Shown here: positions 1 through 9,104 of the stretch, in pieces | Layout of the letters: each line of letters starts with the position of its first letter | Numbering within the stretch: position 1 is the stretch's first letter | Assembly: GCA_963819655.1 (NCBI GenBank) | Contig: CAWFXA010000002.1 | Coordinates: 928,001 to 992,000, forward strand | From: an uncultured Chloroflexia bacterium | GTDB lineage: Bacteria > Chloroflexota > Limnocylindria > Limnocylindrales > CSP1-4 | Direction: 5' to 3' | Length of the DNA: 64,000 nt | The notes under the pieces: model-generated | What the model was told of the DNA's origin: nothing | What the model saw: the letters and a program-made list of their open reading frames with translations, nothing else | Databases searched by the model: none | Made by a program: the position numbers and the translations under genes

Positions 1-1
1 G

Positions 2-1027
2 CGTGCCTTTGCGGGCGACTACCTCCAGCAGTTCGTCCAGCTGCCGAGCCTCGCCGTGGCGATCGGCTTCATCGTCGTCGTCGCCCTCGTGAACTTCCGC
101 GGCGTCGGGGAGTCGGTCAAGGCAAACGTCGTCCTGACGTGTATCGAGTTGACCGGCCTGCTCATCGTCATCGCCATCGGGCTGCTGGCCTTCGGGCGCG
201 GCCAGGCCGATCCGGCGGCGATCGTCACCTTCGAGAGCGACGGCACGCCGCTCGGGCTCGTGGTCAGCGGCGCGGCACTCGCATTCTTCGCGATGGTCGG
301 CTTCGAGGACTCCGTGAACATGGCCGAAGAGACGGTCGACCCGCCACGGGTCTTCCCGCGGGCGCTGTTCCTCGGCATCTTCATCACCGGCGGCATCTAC
401 ATCCTGGTGACGGCCATCGCGACGATGCTCGTGCCCATCCCGGTGCTGGCGGAGTCCACCGCGCCGCTGCTCGAGGTCGTGAAGGCCGGCGCCCCGGCAT
501 TCCCGCTCACGCTGTTCTCGTTCATCGCGCTCTTCGCCGTCACGAACTCGGCCCTCATCAACATGCTCATGGCGTCGCGGCTCGTCTACGGGATGTCGCG
601 AGAGCGCATCATCCCGAGCATCCTCGGCACGGTCCATCCGCTGCGACGGACGCCGTGGGTCGCGATCGTCTTCACGACCGCTCTCGCGGTCGCGCTCATC
701 ACGGTCGGCAACATCGGCGGACTCGGTGGGACGACCGCGCTTCTCCTGTTGGGTGTGTTCACGATCGTGAACACAGCCGTGCTCGTGCTCCGGCGTCAGC
801 CCGTCGAGCACCGTCACTACCAGGCGCCCACCATCCTCCCGGTCCTCGGCATCGTCAGTTGCGCATTCCTGGCCAGCCCCTTGTCGGGCCGCGACCCGAG
901 CCAGTACGCCCTGGCTGGCGTGTTGCTCGCGATCGGCGTGGCCCTCTTCGTCGTCAACCGGCTCGTCGTCGGCCGGGTCGACATCGATCCGGAGCAGCTC
1001 GTCAAGGGCGGGGAGCCACATAACTGA
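2..1027 (+). CDS. APC-family amino acid permease (5' end outside the window)
   Basis: Frame is open from position 2. Many TM helices and APC motifs FFAMVGFEDSVNMAEE, SRLVYGMSRE and RRTPWVAI. Confidence 0.9.
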   Translation, partial: RAFAGDYLQQFVQLPSLAVAIGFIVVVALVNFRGVGESVKANVVLTCIELTGLLIVIAIGLLAFGRGQADPAAIVTFESDGTPLGLVVSGAALAFFAMVGFEDSVNMAEETVDPPRVFPRALFLGIFITGGIYILVTAIATMLVPIPVLAESTAPLLEVVKAGAPAFPLTLFSFIALFAVTNSALINMLMASRLVYGMSRERIIPSILGTVHPLRRTPWVAIVFTTALAVALITVGNIGGLGGTTALLLLGVFTIVNTAVLVLRRQPVEHRHYQAPTILPVLGIVSCAFLASPLSGRDPSQYALAGVLLAIGVALFVVNRLVVGRVDIDPEQLVKGGEPHN

Positions 1028-1091
1028 GCGGCACCGAGACCTGGGTCGACAGCACCGCAGGCATCTTGACGCGAGGGCGTAGGTTGCTTCC

Positions 1092-1376
1092 ATGAACGTC
1101 GAGGAACGCCAGCGACGCCTGGATCGCGCGCGCCTCGCAATCCAGGCCGAGCTCCTGATCGGCCTTATGGTGGTGATCCTGACGAGCTCCGTCTCCATCG
1201 ACGCTTGGCCATGGGGCTCTGATCCGATGTCGGGCTATGTGCCTGCCTTGATGCAGTTGCTTGTCGTGGCCGCTCCACTGGTCTCGCTCCTCGCGTGGGT
1301 CTGGATGCTGCGACTCTCACGACCGCAACCCGAGGTAGGCGAGCGGAGTTGGCGATACCGCGACGGTGCAGCGTAG
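1092..1376 (+). CDS. small two-TM hypothetical membrane protein
   Basis: Two hydrophobic segments. TAGGTT -10-like hexamer lies 6 nt before the ATG. Confidence 0.6.
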   Translation: MNVEERQRRLDRARLAIQAELLIGLMVVILTSSVSIDAWPWGSDPMSGYVPALMQLLVVAAPLVSLLAWVWMLRLSRPQPEVGERSWRYRDGAA

Positions 1377-1487
1377 GGATCAGACCGCCAAATGCCGTCG
1401 GGCGCGTCCTCCTGCGCCTGCTCCCGCTATGGATCCCCCTCTTCGAGCTGATCGCGTCCCGGGGTCGACTCTGCACGACGGGTCGCT

Positions 1488-1766
1488 ATGAAGATGCCCG
1501 AAGGCTCCGAAGCGGACCGGAGCTACCTACAGCGGGTGGTTGAGGACTGCGAGCAGCTCCTTGGGCCGGAGATCGAGTTGCGCGGGCTGGAGCTCGACGC
1601 CAACGCCGAGGTCGTCCTCCGGTTGAGATACCGATTGGGACCCGCGGAGTGGACGAGTGAGGGGCACGGGGAGACCGTCATCGCAGCTCACGCAGCCCTT
1701 CGGGAGCAACTGGTGCTCGACCGCATCCGCGTGGGTGTTCGGGCTATGGTCCGGCAGCCGCGGTAA
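1488..1766 (+). CDS. hypothetical protein
   Basis: 92-aa ORF with globular composition; no family recognised. Confidence 0.55.
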   Translation: MKMPEGSEADRSYLQRVVEDCEQLLGPEIELRGLELDANAEVVLRLRYRLGPAEWTSEGHGETVIAAHAALREQLVLDRIRVGVRAMVRQPR

Positions 1767-1791
1767 TCGTCACTCCTCGGGAGGGCTCCGA

Positions 1792-1822
1792 AGCGGGATC
1801 GAAGGTCCGGGACCGGAGCCGG
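1792..1822 (+). repeat. dispersed intergenic repeat, copy 1 (copy 2 at 48575-48606)
   Basis: AGCGGGATCGAA-GGTCCGGGACCGGAGCCGG versus AGCGGGATCGAAAGGTCCGGGACCGCTGCCGG. Confidence 0.7.
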
Positions 1823-2050
1823 CGCAGATAGCCTGGGTGTTCGAGCGTATTCCGGACTTATCGCATGAGGGCCCGCGGACTCTCCGACGCGGCGAGCCTG
1901 CTCCGTGCGGCTCTGATCGCCCATCTGTCGCCGCTCGCCCCACGTTTACCGCATTGCACGGCGCGTGAGTAAGGCGCCATAGGGGGAGGCCGCGGCTCAG
2001 GCGGGCCGGCGGATGATCGCGTGGCCGTATGATGGGCCGCGTCGGGACTC

Positions 2051-2074
2051 CGGGGAGTGGCGAGTTGGCAACGC
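2051..2074 (+). repeat. tandem duplicate of the tRNA-Pro 5' end
   Basis: CGGGGAGTGGCG-AGTTGGCAACGC equals the first 25 nt of the tRNA minus one T and lies immediately before it. Confidence 0.9.
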
Positions 2075-2150
2075 CGGGGAGTGGCGTAGTTGGCAACGCA
2101 CGTGCTTTGGGAGCACGAGATCGTGGGTTCGAGTCCCACCTCCCCGACCA
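2075..2150 (+). tRNA. tRNA-Pro(TGG)
   Basis: Acceptor stem CGGGGAG/CTCCCCG, anticodon arm CGTGC-TT-TGG-GA-GCACG, T-loop GTTCGAG, encoded CCA; 76 nt. Confidence 0.96.
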
Positions 2151-2230
2151 TCACCAGATCCGGCACCTCGCCCGCCTGCGTAGGCCCGGTTGACCGACTC
2201 TTGAACCAGCCAAGGTCCAGATGAGTTGCC

Positions 2231-3091
2231 ATGCCACGCCTGCAATCGCGCCGCTTTGCTACACCGGACGAGCGTCGAACGTTTGCGCACGGTCGTGCTG
2301 AATTGCTGAATCTCGATGAGTCGACGGTAGGTCGTGCGACATACGAACCCGGATGGCGATGGACCACTGACATGCCAGGGGTCGCCGGTACAGCGACCTG
2401 CCAATTCCACCACCTCGGGTACTCGATCTCTGGTGTCATGCACGTCGTGTCGGACGACGGACAGGAACTGGACATCGCCGCTGAGTCGGTCTACGAGATC
2501 CCAGCCGGTCATGACGCGTGGGTCGTCGGCGATGAACCGTGGGTGACGGTCGAATGGACGAGTGCCAGGTCATTCGGCGTTTCGCCAGAAGGCCCCGGCG
2601 AGCGCATCCTTGCGACAGTCCTGTTCACGGACATCGTGGACTCCACGGCCACGATGCAACGAGTCGGGGATGCCGCGTGGCGCGACTTGCTGTCCACGCA
2701 TAACCGCCTCCTGCGTAACGAACTCAATCTCTTCCGGGGGCGCGAAGTCGCGACGACCGGGGATGGATTCCTGGCCGTGTTCGACGGCGCCACACGGGCC
2801 GTTCGATGCGGCGTCGCGATGGCGCGCTCCGCCGAGAAGGTGGGTCTAGCGATCCGTGTCGGCATTCATACCGGCGAAGTCGAGTTCGTTGGGCCCGATG
2901 CGCGCGGCCTAGCAGTTCACGCGGCGGCACGAGTCATGTCGTTCGCCGGTTCGGGCGAGGTGCTCGTCTCGTCGACGACGAAGGACCTTTTGGAAGGCTC
3001 TGGCCTGGTCCTCGAGGATGCCGGAGCCCATGAACTGAAAGGGCTTGCCGGGGAGCGGCGCCTCTTCAGGCTTGCTGCTTTGGCGGACTGA
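2231..3091 (+). CDS. class III adenylate/guanylate cyclase with N-terminal cupin domain
   Basis: Cupin part PGWRW...CQFHHLGY...IPAGHDAWVVG. Cyclase motifs LFTDIVDST, TGDG, IRVGIHTGE, AVHAAARV, ELKG. Confidence 0.88.
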   Translation: MPRLQSRRFATPDERRTFAHGRAELLNLDESTVGRATYEPGWRWTTDMPGVAGTATCQFHHLGYSISGVMHVVSDDGQELDIAAESVYEIPAGHDAWVVGDEPWVTVEWTSARSFGVSPEGPGERILATVLFTDIVDSTATMQRVGDAAWRDLLSTHNRLLRNELNLFRGREVATTGDGFLAVFDGATRAVRCGVAMARSAEKVGLAIRVGIHTGEVEFVGPDARGLAVHAAARVMSFAGSGEVLVSSTTKDLLEGSGLVLEDAGAHELKGLAGERRLFRLAALAD

Positions 3092-3112
3092 ACGCGGCCG
3101 AGAGTCGCCTGC

Positions 3113-5128
3113 GTGATGACCTCGAAGTCGATGGCGGACCGGACCTCGCACGCGGCCGGCCACGACCGTCACGAGGGTCACTCGGTCGCGATGTTTCGCG
3201 ACAAGTTCTGGCTCAGCCTTGCCCTGACGATCCCGACCGTACTGCTCAGCGCCGAGGTCGCCGGATGGATCGGTTATTCGATCCCGTCGATCCCCGGCAT
3301 CGAGTCCGTGCCAGCGATCCTCGGTACGAGCGTCTTCTTCTTCGGCGGGATGGTCTTCATCCGCGGTGCACAGGCCGAGTTGGCCGATCGCAAGCCCGGG
3401 ATGATGACCCTCATCTCGCTGGCGATCGTGGTTGCCTTCGTGACTTCGTGGGCCAGCACGCTCGGCCTGTTCGCGGTCGAGATCTGGTGGGAACTCGCCA
3501 CCCTGATCACGGTCATGCTCCTCGGGCACTGGCTCGAAATGCGCTCGATCGCCCAGGCGCAGGGGGCGCTCTCCGCCCTCGCCGCATTACTCCCGGACAC
3601 GGCCGAGCGGGTCATGGCCGATGGCACCGAGGAGGTGCCGATCGCGCAGGTGAGCGTCAGTGACATCGTCCTGGTTCGGCCGGGGGCCCGTGTGCCGGCC
3701 GACGGAGAGGTCGTCGAGGGGACGGCCGAGGTCGATGAGTCGGTCATCACGGGGGAGTCGCGAGCCGTGACAAAGCAACCCGGCGACAGCGTCACCGCCG
3801 GCACCGTGGCCGCAGGCGGTTCCCTTCGAATCAGGGTCACCGCCACAGGGGAACAGACGGCTCTCTCCGGGATCATGCGCCTGGTCGCCCAAGCCCAGGC
3901 TTCGGCCTCCCGAGCCCAAGCACTGGCCGATCGAGCGGCGGCGATCCTGTTCTATGTCGCGCTCGCCGCTGGCGCCATCACGCTCGTCGGCTGGTTGCTG
4001 CTCGGAGACCCGGAGGGCGCGCTTGTCCGAACCGCGACTGTCCTCGTGATCGCATGCCCGCACGCCTTGGGCCTCGCTATCCCGCTGGTCATTGCCATCT
4101 CCACATCGATCGGTGCCCAGAACGGCCTGCTCATCAAGGACCGCATCGCCCTCGAGCAGGCCCGGACGCTCGACACTGTGATCTTCGACAAGACCGGCAC
4201 GCTCACGAAGGGCGAGCCGGTGCTGGCCGATGTCAGTGGCGACCCCGAGGCGCTCCGCCTCGCAGCTGCGGTGGAGGCCGACTCCGAGCACCCGCTGGCC
4301 CGCGCGATCGTCGTAGGCGCGAACGACCGCGGCCTGTCCGTCCCAACCGCGACATCGTTCGAGGCGCTAGCGGGTCAAGGGGCGCGCGCGACGGTCGAGG
4401 GTCACGACGTGGCCGTTGGTGGACCCCGCCTGCTCGCTGAAATGTCGCTCGAGCCACTGCCCGTCGCGGCTGACTGGGACAGCCAAGGTCGAACGGTTCT
4501 CCACGTGGTCGTTGACGGCAATGTGGCGGGGGTGATCGCGGTCGAAGACGAGGTGCGGCCGGAGTCGAAGGAAGCGATCGACGCTCTGCATGGGCTCGGC
4601 ATCCGGGTGGCCATGATCACGGGCGACAGCCAGGCCGTGGCCGACTCGGTCGCGCGCCGGCTCGGCATCGACGAGGTCGCCGCGCAGATCCTGCCGGCCG
4701 ACAAGGCCGCCGCGGTCAAGCGCTTCCAGGAGGGTGGCCGCAGGGTGGCCATGGTCGGCGACGGCGTGAACGACGCGCCGGCGCTTGCGACGGCCGACGT
4801 CGGGATGGCGATCGGTGCAGGCACAGACGTCGCGATCGAGTCCGCCGGCATCGTGCTTGTCCGCAGCGACCCACGCGACGTTGTGGCGGCCATCGAACTG
4901 TCGCGAGCGACCTACGGCAAGATGGTCCAGAACCTGATCTGGGCGACTGGCTACAACGTGGTCGCGATCCCAGTCGCCATGGGCCTCCTGGTCCCCTGGG
5001 GGATCGATCTGCCGATGGCGGTCGGGGCCGCCGCCATGAGCCTGTCGACCATCATCGTCGCGGCCAACGCCCAACTCCTGCGCCGCGTCCGACTGCGACG
5101 CGATACACGCGAACATGTTCGCGCCTAG
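3113..5128 (+). CDS. copB: copper-translocating P1B-type ATPase (CPH type)
   Basis: His-rich N-terminus, TGES, CPHALGLA, DKTGT, SEHP, GDGVNDAP, YN and MSLST motifs. Confidence 0.93.
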   Translation: MMTSKSMADRTSHAAGHDRHEGHSVAMFRDKFWLSLALTIPTVLLSAEVAGWIGYSIPSIPGIESVPAILGTSVFFFGGMVFIRGAQAELADRKPGMMTLISLAIVVAFVTSWASTLGLFAVEIWWELATLITVMLLGHWLEMRSIAQAQGALSALAALLPDTAERVMADGTEEVPIAQVSVSDIVLVRPGARVPADGEVVEGTAEVDESVITGESRAVTKQPGDSVTAGTVAAGGSLRIRVTATGEQTALSGIMRLVAQAQASASRAQALADRAAAILFYVALAAGAITLVGWLLLGDPEGALVRTATVLVIACPHALGLAIPLVIAISTSIGAQNGLLIKDRIALEQARTLDTVIFDKTGTLTKGEPVLADVSGDPEALRLAAAVEADSEHPLARAIVVGANDRGLSVPTATSFEALAGQGARATVEGHDVAVGGPRLLAEMSLEPLPVAADWDSQGRTVLHVVVDGNVAGVIAVEDEVRPESKEAIDALHGLGIRVAMITGDSQAVADSVARRLGIDEVAAQILPADKAAAVKRFQEGGRRVAMVGDGVNDAPALATADVGMAIGAGTDVAIESAGIVLVRSDPRDVVAAIELSRATYGKMVQNLIWATGYNVVAIPVAMGLLVPWGIDLPMAVGAAAMSLSTIIVAANAQLLRRVRLRRDTREHVRA

Positions 5129-5201
5129 GTGTCGTTCCCGGGGAGGTTGTCGACCGAGGCGGGCTGGAGCACATGCCTCCCAGATGGCGTAGCGTGGCGC
5201 C

Positions 5202-5654
5202 GTGAGCCGGGACGTCGAGGATCTGAACCGGCGCCTGCTGCGCGCACGCGACGCCATGGACCGCGCCTACGCCGAGCCGCTCGACGTCCGCGCCGTGGCC
5301 GCGGTGGCCCACGTCTCCGAGGCGCACTTCATCCGCAGCTACCGCGCCGTCTTCGGGGAGACGCCGCACCGCTACCTGCAGCGGCGGCGGGTGGAGCGCT
5401 CGATGTTCCTTTTGCGCGAGACCGACCGCAGCGTCACCGACATCTGCCTCGACGTCGGCTTCACAAGCCTGGGGACGTTCAGCCGCATGTTCCGCGAGAT
5501 CGTCGGCGAGACCCCGTCGGGCTACCGCAAGGGGCATGGGCCGATCGTCGCGCCTCACTGCGTCCAGCTGGCGGCCATGCGGCCGCGGGTCGCGGCGGGG
5601 GAGGCGATGCGATCGAGCAGTTTTGGAGAAGCCGCGGCTGTCGCAGCGCCCTAG
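5202..5654 (+). CDS. AraC-family transcriptional regulator (HTH only)
   Basis: AraC signature SVTDICLDVGFTSLGTFSRMFREIVGETPSGYR. Paired with the downstream VOC gene; TAGCGT 6 nt before the GTG. Confidence 0.9.
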   Translation: MSRDVEDLNRRLLRARDAMDRAYAEPLDVRAVAAVAHVSEAHFIRSYRAVFGETPHRYLQRRRVERSMFLLRETDRSVTDICLDVGFTSLGTFSRMFREIVGETPSGYRKGHGPIVAPHCVQLAAMRPRVAAGEAMRSSSFGEAAAVAAP

Positions 5655-5694
5655 GATCAGAGGACCCAATGAACTCGCACACGTGAGGATCGCC

Positions 5695-6126
5695 ATGATC
5701 AACAGACTCAACGTCGCCTCCATCTATGTCCTCGACAAGGAGGAGGCGCTTGACTTCTACGTCAACAAACTCGGACTCGAAGTCGGCAATGACGTCCGAC
5801 AGGGTGACTACCGCTGGCTGACGGTGCGCGTTCCCGGCAACCCGGAGACCGAGGTCTCTCTGGAGCAGCCCGGCTCGCCGCTGCACGACGAAGCGACCGC
5901 TTCGCAGCTTCGCGAGCTGATCACCAAGGGCGCCCTCGGCGGGCTCGTCTTCATCACCGACGATGCCCGGGGCCTGTACGAGACCCTCAAGGCACGCGGC
6001 GTCACCGACTTCACCCAGGAGCCAACCGATCACTTCTATGGCACCGACATGGGCCTGCGCGATCCCTTCGGCAACCCCATCCGGATCCTGCAGCAGGGCA
6101 AGGTCGCCCAGGAGGCGACGGCCTGA
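5695..6126 (+). CDS. VOC/glyoxalase-family protein
   Basis: ALDFYVNKLG, RWLTV, LRDPFGN. GAGG RBS before the ATG at 5695. Confidence 0.9.
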   Translation: MINRLNVASIYVLDKEEALDFYVNKLGLEVGNDVRQGDYRWLTVRVPGNPETEVSLEQPGSPLHDEATASQLRELITKGALGGLVFITDDARGLYETLKARGVTDFTQEPTDHFYGTDMGLRDPFGNPIRILQQGKVAQEATA

Positions 6127-6153
6127 CCGGTCCGGGATCGCACAGCACCTGGG

Positions 6154-6183
6154 GACGAGCCCGCCAGAGCCGGCGGGCTCGTC
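6154..6183. terminator. hairpin between convergent VOC and lysE genes
   Basis: Perfect 12-bp stem GACGAGCCCGCC/GGCGGGCTCGTC with a 6-nt loop; no clear U-tract. Confidence 0.6.
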
Positions 6184-6186
6184 GAT

Positions 6187-6805
6187 TCAGGCGATGGCCG
6201 ACGCGATGGCCACCACCGCGAACGCGCCGATGATCAGCCCGGACGCGACGTTGACCCGTCGCAGACCGGTCGGCGTCAGCCTTGACCGGAAGGCGCCGAC
6301 CGCAGCGACGAGCACCACCCACCACGCCGCCGACCCCGCGAACACGCCGAGGGTGAGCGAGGTGGCTCCGGCCGCGTCGCCGCCTGTCACGCCGAGGCCG
6401 ACGAACAGCGCGGCGAACGACAGGATCGTCATCGGATTGGCCAGGGTCAGACCGAGCGTGCTCAGGTACGCCGTCGGCAGGCCGCGACGGCCATTCGTAC
6501 CGGCCGTGGCCGCCTCGCCCGGCACGGACCGGAACGTGCGCCAGGCGAGCCACAGCAGGAAGGCGCCACCAACGATCCCGAGCGGCCGTCGCCAGTCGAC
6601 GAGAAGGTCGGTGACGGCCGTCAGGCCGAACGCGGCGATCGCCCCATACGTGGCGTCGGCGGTCGCGACGCCCATCCCCGACACCAGCCCGACCAGCCGG
6701 CCCTCCGCGAGGGTGCGCCGGATGCACGAGCAAGCTGATCGGACCGACCGCGGCGGCGATCGTGAAGCCGAGGACGAGGCCTCGGAGGAAGAGCGTCGGT
6801 TCCAT
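6187..6805 (-). CDS. LysE/RhtB-family exporter with a single-base frameshift near 6727 (sequencing error or pseudogene)
   Basis: MEPTLFLRGLVLGFTIAAAVGPISLL in one frame continues as CIRRTLAEG...G.ATADATYG...TLANP in another. One extra G in CTC-G-TGC restores the frame. Confidence 0.85.
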
Positions 6806-6827
6806 GGTGTGAAGCTCCGTGAACAGG

Positions 6828-6854
6828 AAAAACCCCCGGCGTTCGTGCCGAGGG
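6828..6854 (-). terminator. intrinsic terminator-like hairpin in the lysE 5' leader (attenuator)
   Basis: Minus strand CCCTCGGC-ACGAAC-GCCGGGGG-TTTTT, ending about 22 nt before the lysE ATG. Confidence 0.7.
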
Positions 6855-6900
6855 TGTTCCTCTCAGATCCGCGGTCGGCGCCCACGTGGGGCGCAGCGCA

Positions 6901-6969
6901 TCAGCTCGAGCGGGCCCTCGCGGGCCGCTGCTGCGACGAGGCGGCGGTGACGTCGATGAGGTGATGCAT
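6901..6969 (-). CDS. putative leader peptide MHHLIDVTAASSQQRPARARSS
   Basis: Hand-translated 22-codon ORF whose stop lies about 46 nt upstream of the terminator hairpin in front of lysE. Confidence 0.5.
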   Translation of the reverse strand: MHHLIDVTAASSQQRPARARSS

Positions 6970-7044
6970 CGCGCGCAGGGTGCGGGATTGTGATGTCCGG
7001 TGTCAATCTGCCGGTCCGCGTCGCGTCCCCGCTATCATCGCCCC

Positions 7045-8187
7045 ATGGACAGCCCCAGCCCTCGCCGCGGTCTTCGGGCGCGCGGACACCGATCCGGCGC
7101 CACGACCGACGCCGCCGATGCGGGGACGAGCACGATCGAGCCGGTCGACCACGACCGGTTCCCAGACGTCGCCACGCGCCGCGCGATCGACGGCGGCAAG
7201 GCCAGCCAGCGTTTCCGCGACGTCCTCGCCGAGGGAGGACCGGTCCTCGCGGACGGGGCCATGGGCACGATGCTGTTCGCCAACGGGCTCCAGTTCGGCG
7301 ATCCGCCCGAGGTCTGGAACCTGACCCAGCCCGAGGTCATCCGGCGCATCCAGCGCGGCTACCTCGACGCAGGGTCGCGGATCATCATGACCAACACGTT
7401 CGGCGGCAATCGCCTCCGGCTCGGTCTGCACGGCCTGAGCGAGCGTGTCGATGAGCTCAACCGCACCGCCGCCATCCTGGCCCGGGCCGAGGTCAACGCC
7501 GCAGGCGGGACGGCCCTCGTCGCGGGTGACATCGGCCCCAGCGGCGAGATCGTCGCTCCCCTCGGCACGCTCGAGTACGACATCGCGGTCGACGTCTTCC
7601 GCGAGCAGGCCGCGTCGCTCGTGGCCGGCGGCGTCGACCTCATCTGGATCGAGACGATGTCCGATCTCAACGAGATCAAGGCCGCCATCGAGGGTGTTCG
7701 CCGCGTGTCCCCCGGGATCGCGCTGGTCACGACGATGACCTTCGACACCCGCGGGCACACGATGATGGGCGTGTCTCCAGAGCAGGCCGTCGAGGCGCTC
7801 GTCGCGTGGGGGGCCGACGCGGTGGGTGGGAACTGCGGCAACGGACCGGACGAGCTGCTGCCGGTGATCGAGCGCATGCACGCTGCCAACCCCGAGGCGG
7901 TCCTCGTCGCGAAGTCGAACGCGGGGATGCCCGAGCTCGTCGACATGCGTGCCGTTTACCGCGCCGACCCGCCGACGATGGCCGCGTTCGGTGTCCAGAT
8001 GCGCGACGCAGGTGCCCGGATCGTCGGGGCGTGCTGCGGCAGTACCCCGGATCACCTGCGCGCCATGCACGACGCGCTGATCCCGGCGCGGCTCACTAGC
8101 CCCGGATGGGGGAGCGGCCGCTCAAGATCGGCGTCCAGCTGCCCGAGGTCGAACGAGAGGTTCGCTGGCCCGAGCTGCTCGACATGA
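7045..8187 (+). CDS. homocysteine S-methyltransferase family protein (stand-alone MetH Hcy-binding/BHMT-like domain)
   Basis: LADGAMGT, TNTFGG, ETMSD, GGNCG and GACCG Zn-binding motifs. TATCAT 6 nt before ATG 7045. The 3' end is uncertain because it overlaps the next gene by about 80 nt. Confidence 0.88.
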   Translation: MDSPSPRRGLRARGHRSGATTDAADAGTSTIEPVDHDRFPDVATRRAIDGGKASQRFRDVLAEGGPVLADGAMGTMLFANGLQFGDPPEVWNLTQPEVIRRIQRGYLDAGSRIIMTNTFGGNRLRLGLHGLSERVDELNRTAAILARAEVNAAGGTALVAGDIGPSGEIVAPLGTLEYDIAVDVFREQAASLVAGGVDLIWIETMSDLNEIKAAIEGVRRVSPGIALVTTMTFDTRGHTMMGVSPEQAVEALVAWGADAVGGNCGNGPDELLPVIERMHAANPEAVLVAKSNAGMPELVDMRAVYRADPPTMAAFGVQMRDAGARIVGACCGSTPDHLRAMHDALIPARLTSPGWGSGRSRSASSCPRSNERFAGPSCST

Positions 8188-9024
8188 CCCGGGCCATCGA
8201 GGATCTCGGGATACGACTCCGTCTGGCTCGGCGAGCATCTTCTCTACCGCTGGCCCGACCGACCCTCGCGCGGGCCGTGGGAGGCGTGGTCGATGCTTGC
8301 CGCGATCGCGGCGGTCACCGAGCGCATCGAGCTCGGCCCACTGGTCGCCTGCACGGCGTTCCACAACCCCGCCGTCCTCGCCAAACAGGCCTCGACGATC
8401 GACGAGATCAGCGGCGGCCGGCTGATCCTCGGCCTGGGCGCCGGCTGGAACGAGACCGAGTTCCGCGCGTTCGGCATCCCGTTCGACCATCGTGTCGACC
8501 GGTTCGAGGAGGCGTTCACGATCATCCGGACGCTGCTGCAGGTTGGTGCGATCGACTTCGACGGGCGCTTCTACCAGGCGCGCGACGCCGAGCTGCTGCC
8601 GCGCGGGCCCAGACCGAGCGGGCCGCCGCTGATGATCGGCTCGAACGGCCCACGGATGCTGCGGATCGCCGCGCCGCATGTCCAGGCATGGAACAGCTGG
8701 TTCGCCGACATCGGCAATGCCCCCGAGGGCGTGGCCGCGCTGCGTGACGTCGTCGACGCGGCGTGCCGCGACGTGGGGCGTGACCCGGCTGCCATCGAGC
8801 GGACCGTCGCGGTCCTGGTCAAGTTGCCTGGCGGCACCGGCCGCGTCCAGGGTTCCTACGCCGAGGCGCAGCCCGTGCCACTGGAGGGCTCGCCCGAGGC
8901 GATGGGCGACGTCCTGCGTGCCTACGCCCGAGCGGGCATCGCTCACGTCCAGCTCGTGATCGACCCGATCACGCGGGGATCGATCGAGGCGTTCGCGCCG
9001 GTCCTGGCCGAACTGGAGCGCTGA
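8106..9024 (+). CDS. LLM-class flavin-dependent oxidoreductase, frameshift in a G-run near 8208-8211
   Basis: MGERPLKIGVQLP...AIEDLG joins YDSVWLGEH...LAAIAAVTERIELG...NPAVLAK...DEISGGRLILGLGAGW if one G is removed from CTCGGGATAC. Confidence 0.85.
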
Positions 9025-9104
9025 ACCAACCCTCCGGCGTCCCGTGTGGCGGTACTAACGTTAGGGTCGACGGTGGGTCGCCGGCTGCCCAGAATCGCCG
9101 GGCT

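Noticed and set aside
1870-1882. 13-bp match GGCCCGCGGACTC also present at 45243-45255
   Set aside because: GC-rich 13-mers are expected to recur by chance in 64 kb of this composition.
6970-7044. SAM or cobalamin riboswitch before the methyltransferase (also checked before the PLP enzyme at 26744)
   Set aside because: The intergenic space is too short, both genes look leaderless, and no conserved aptamer motifs were seen.
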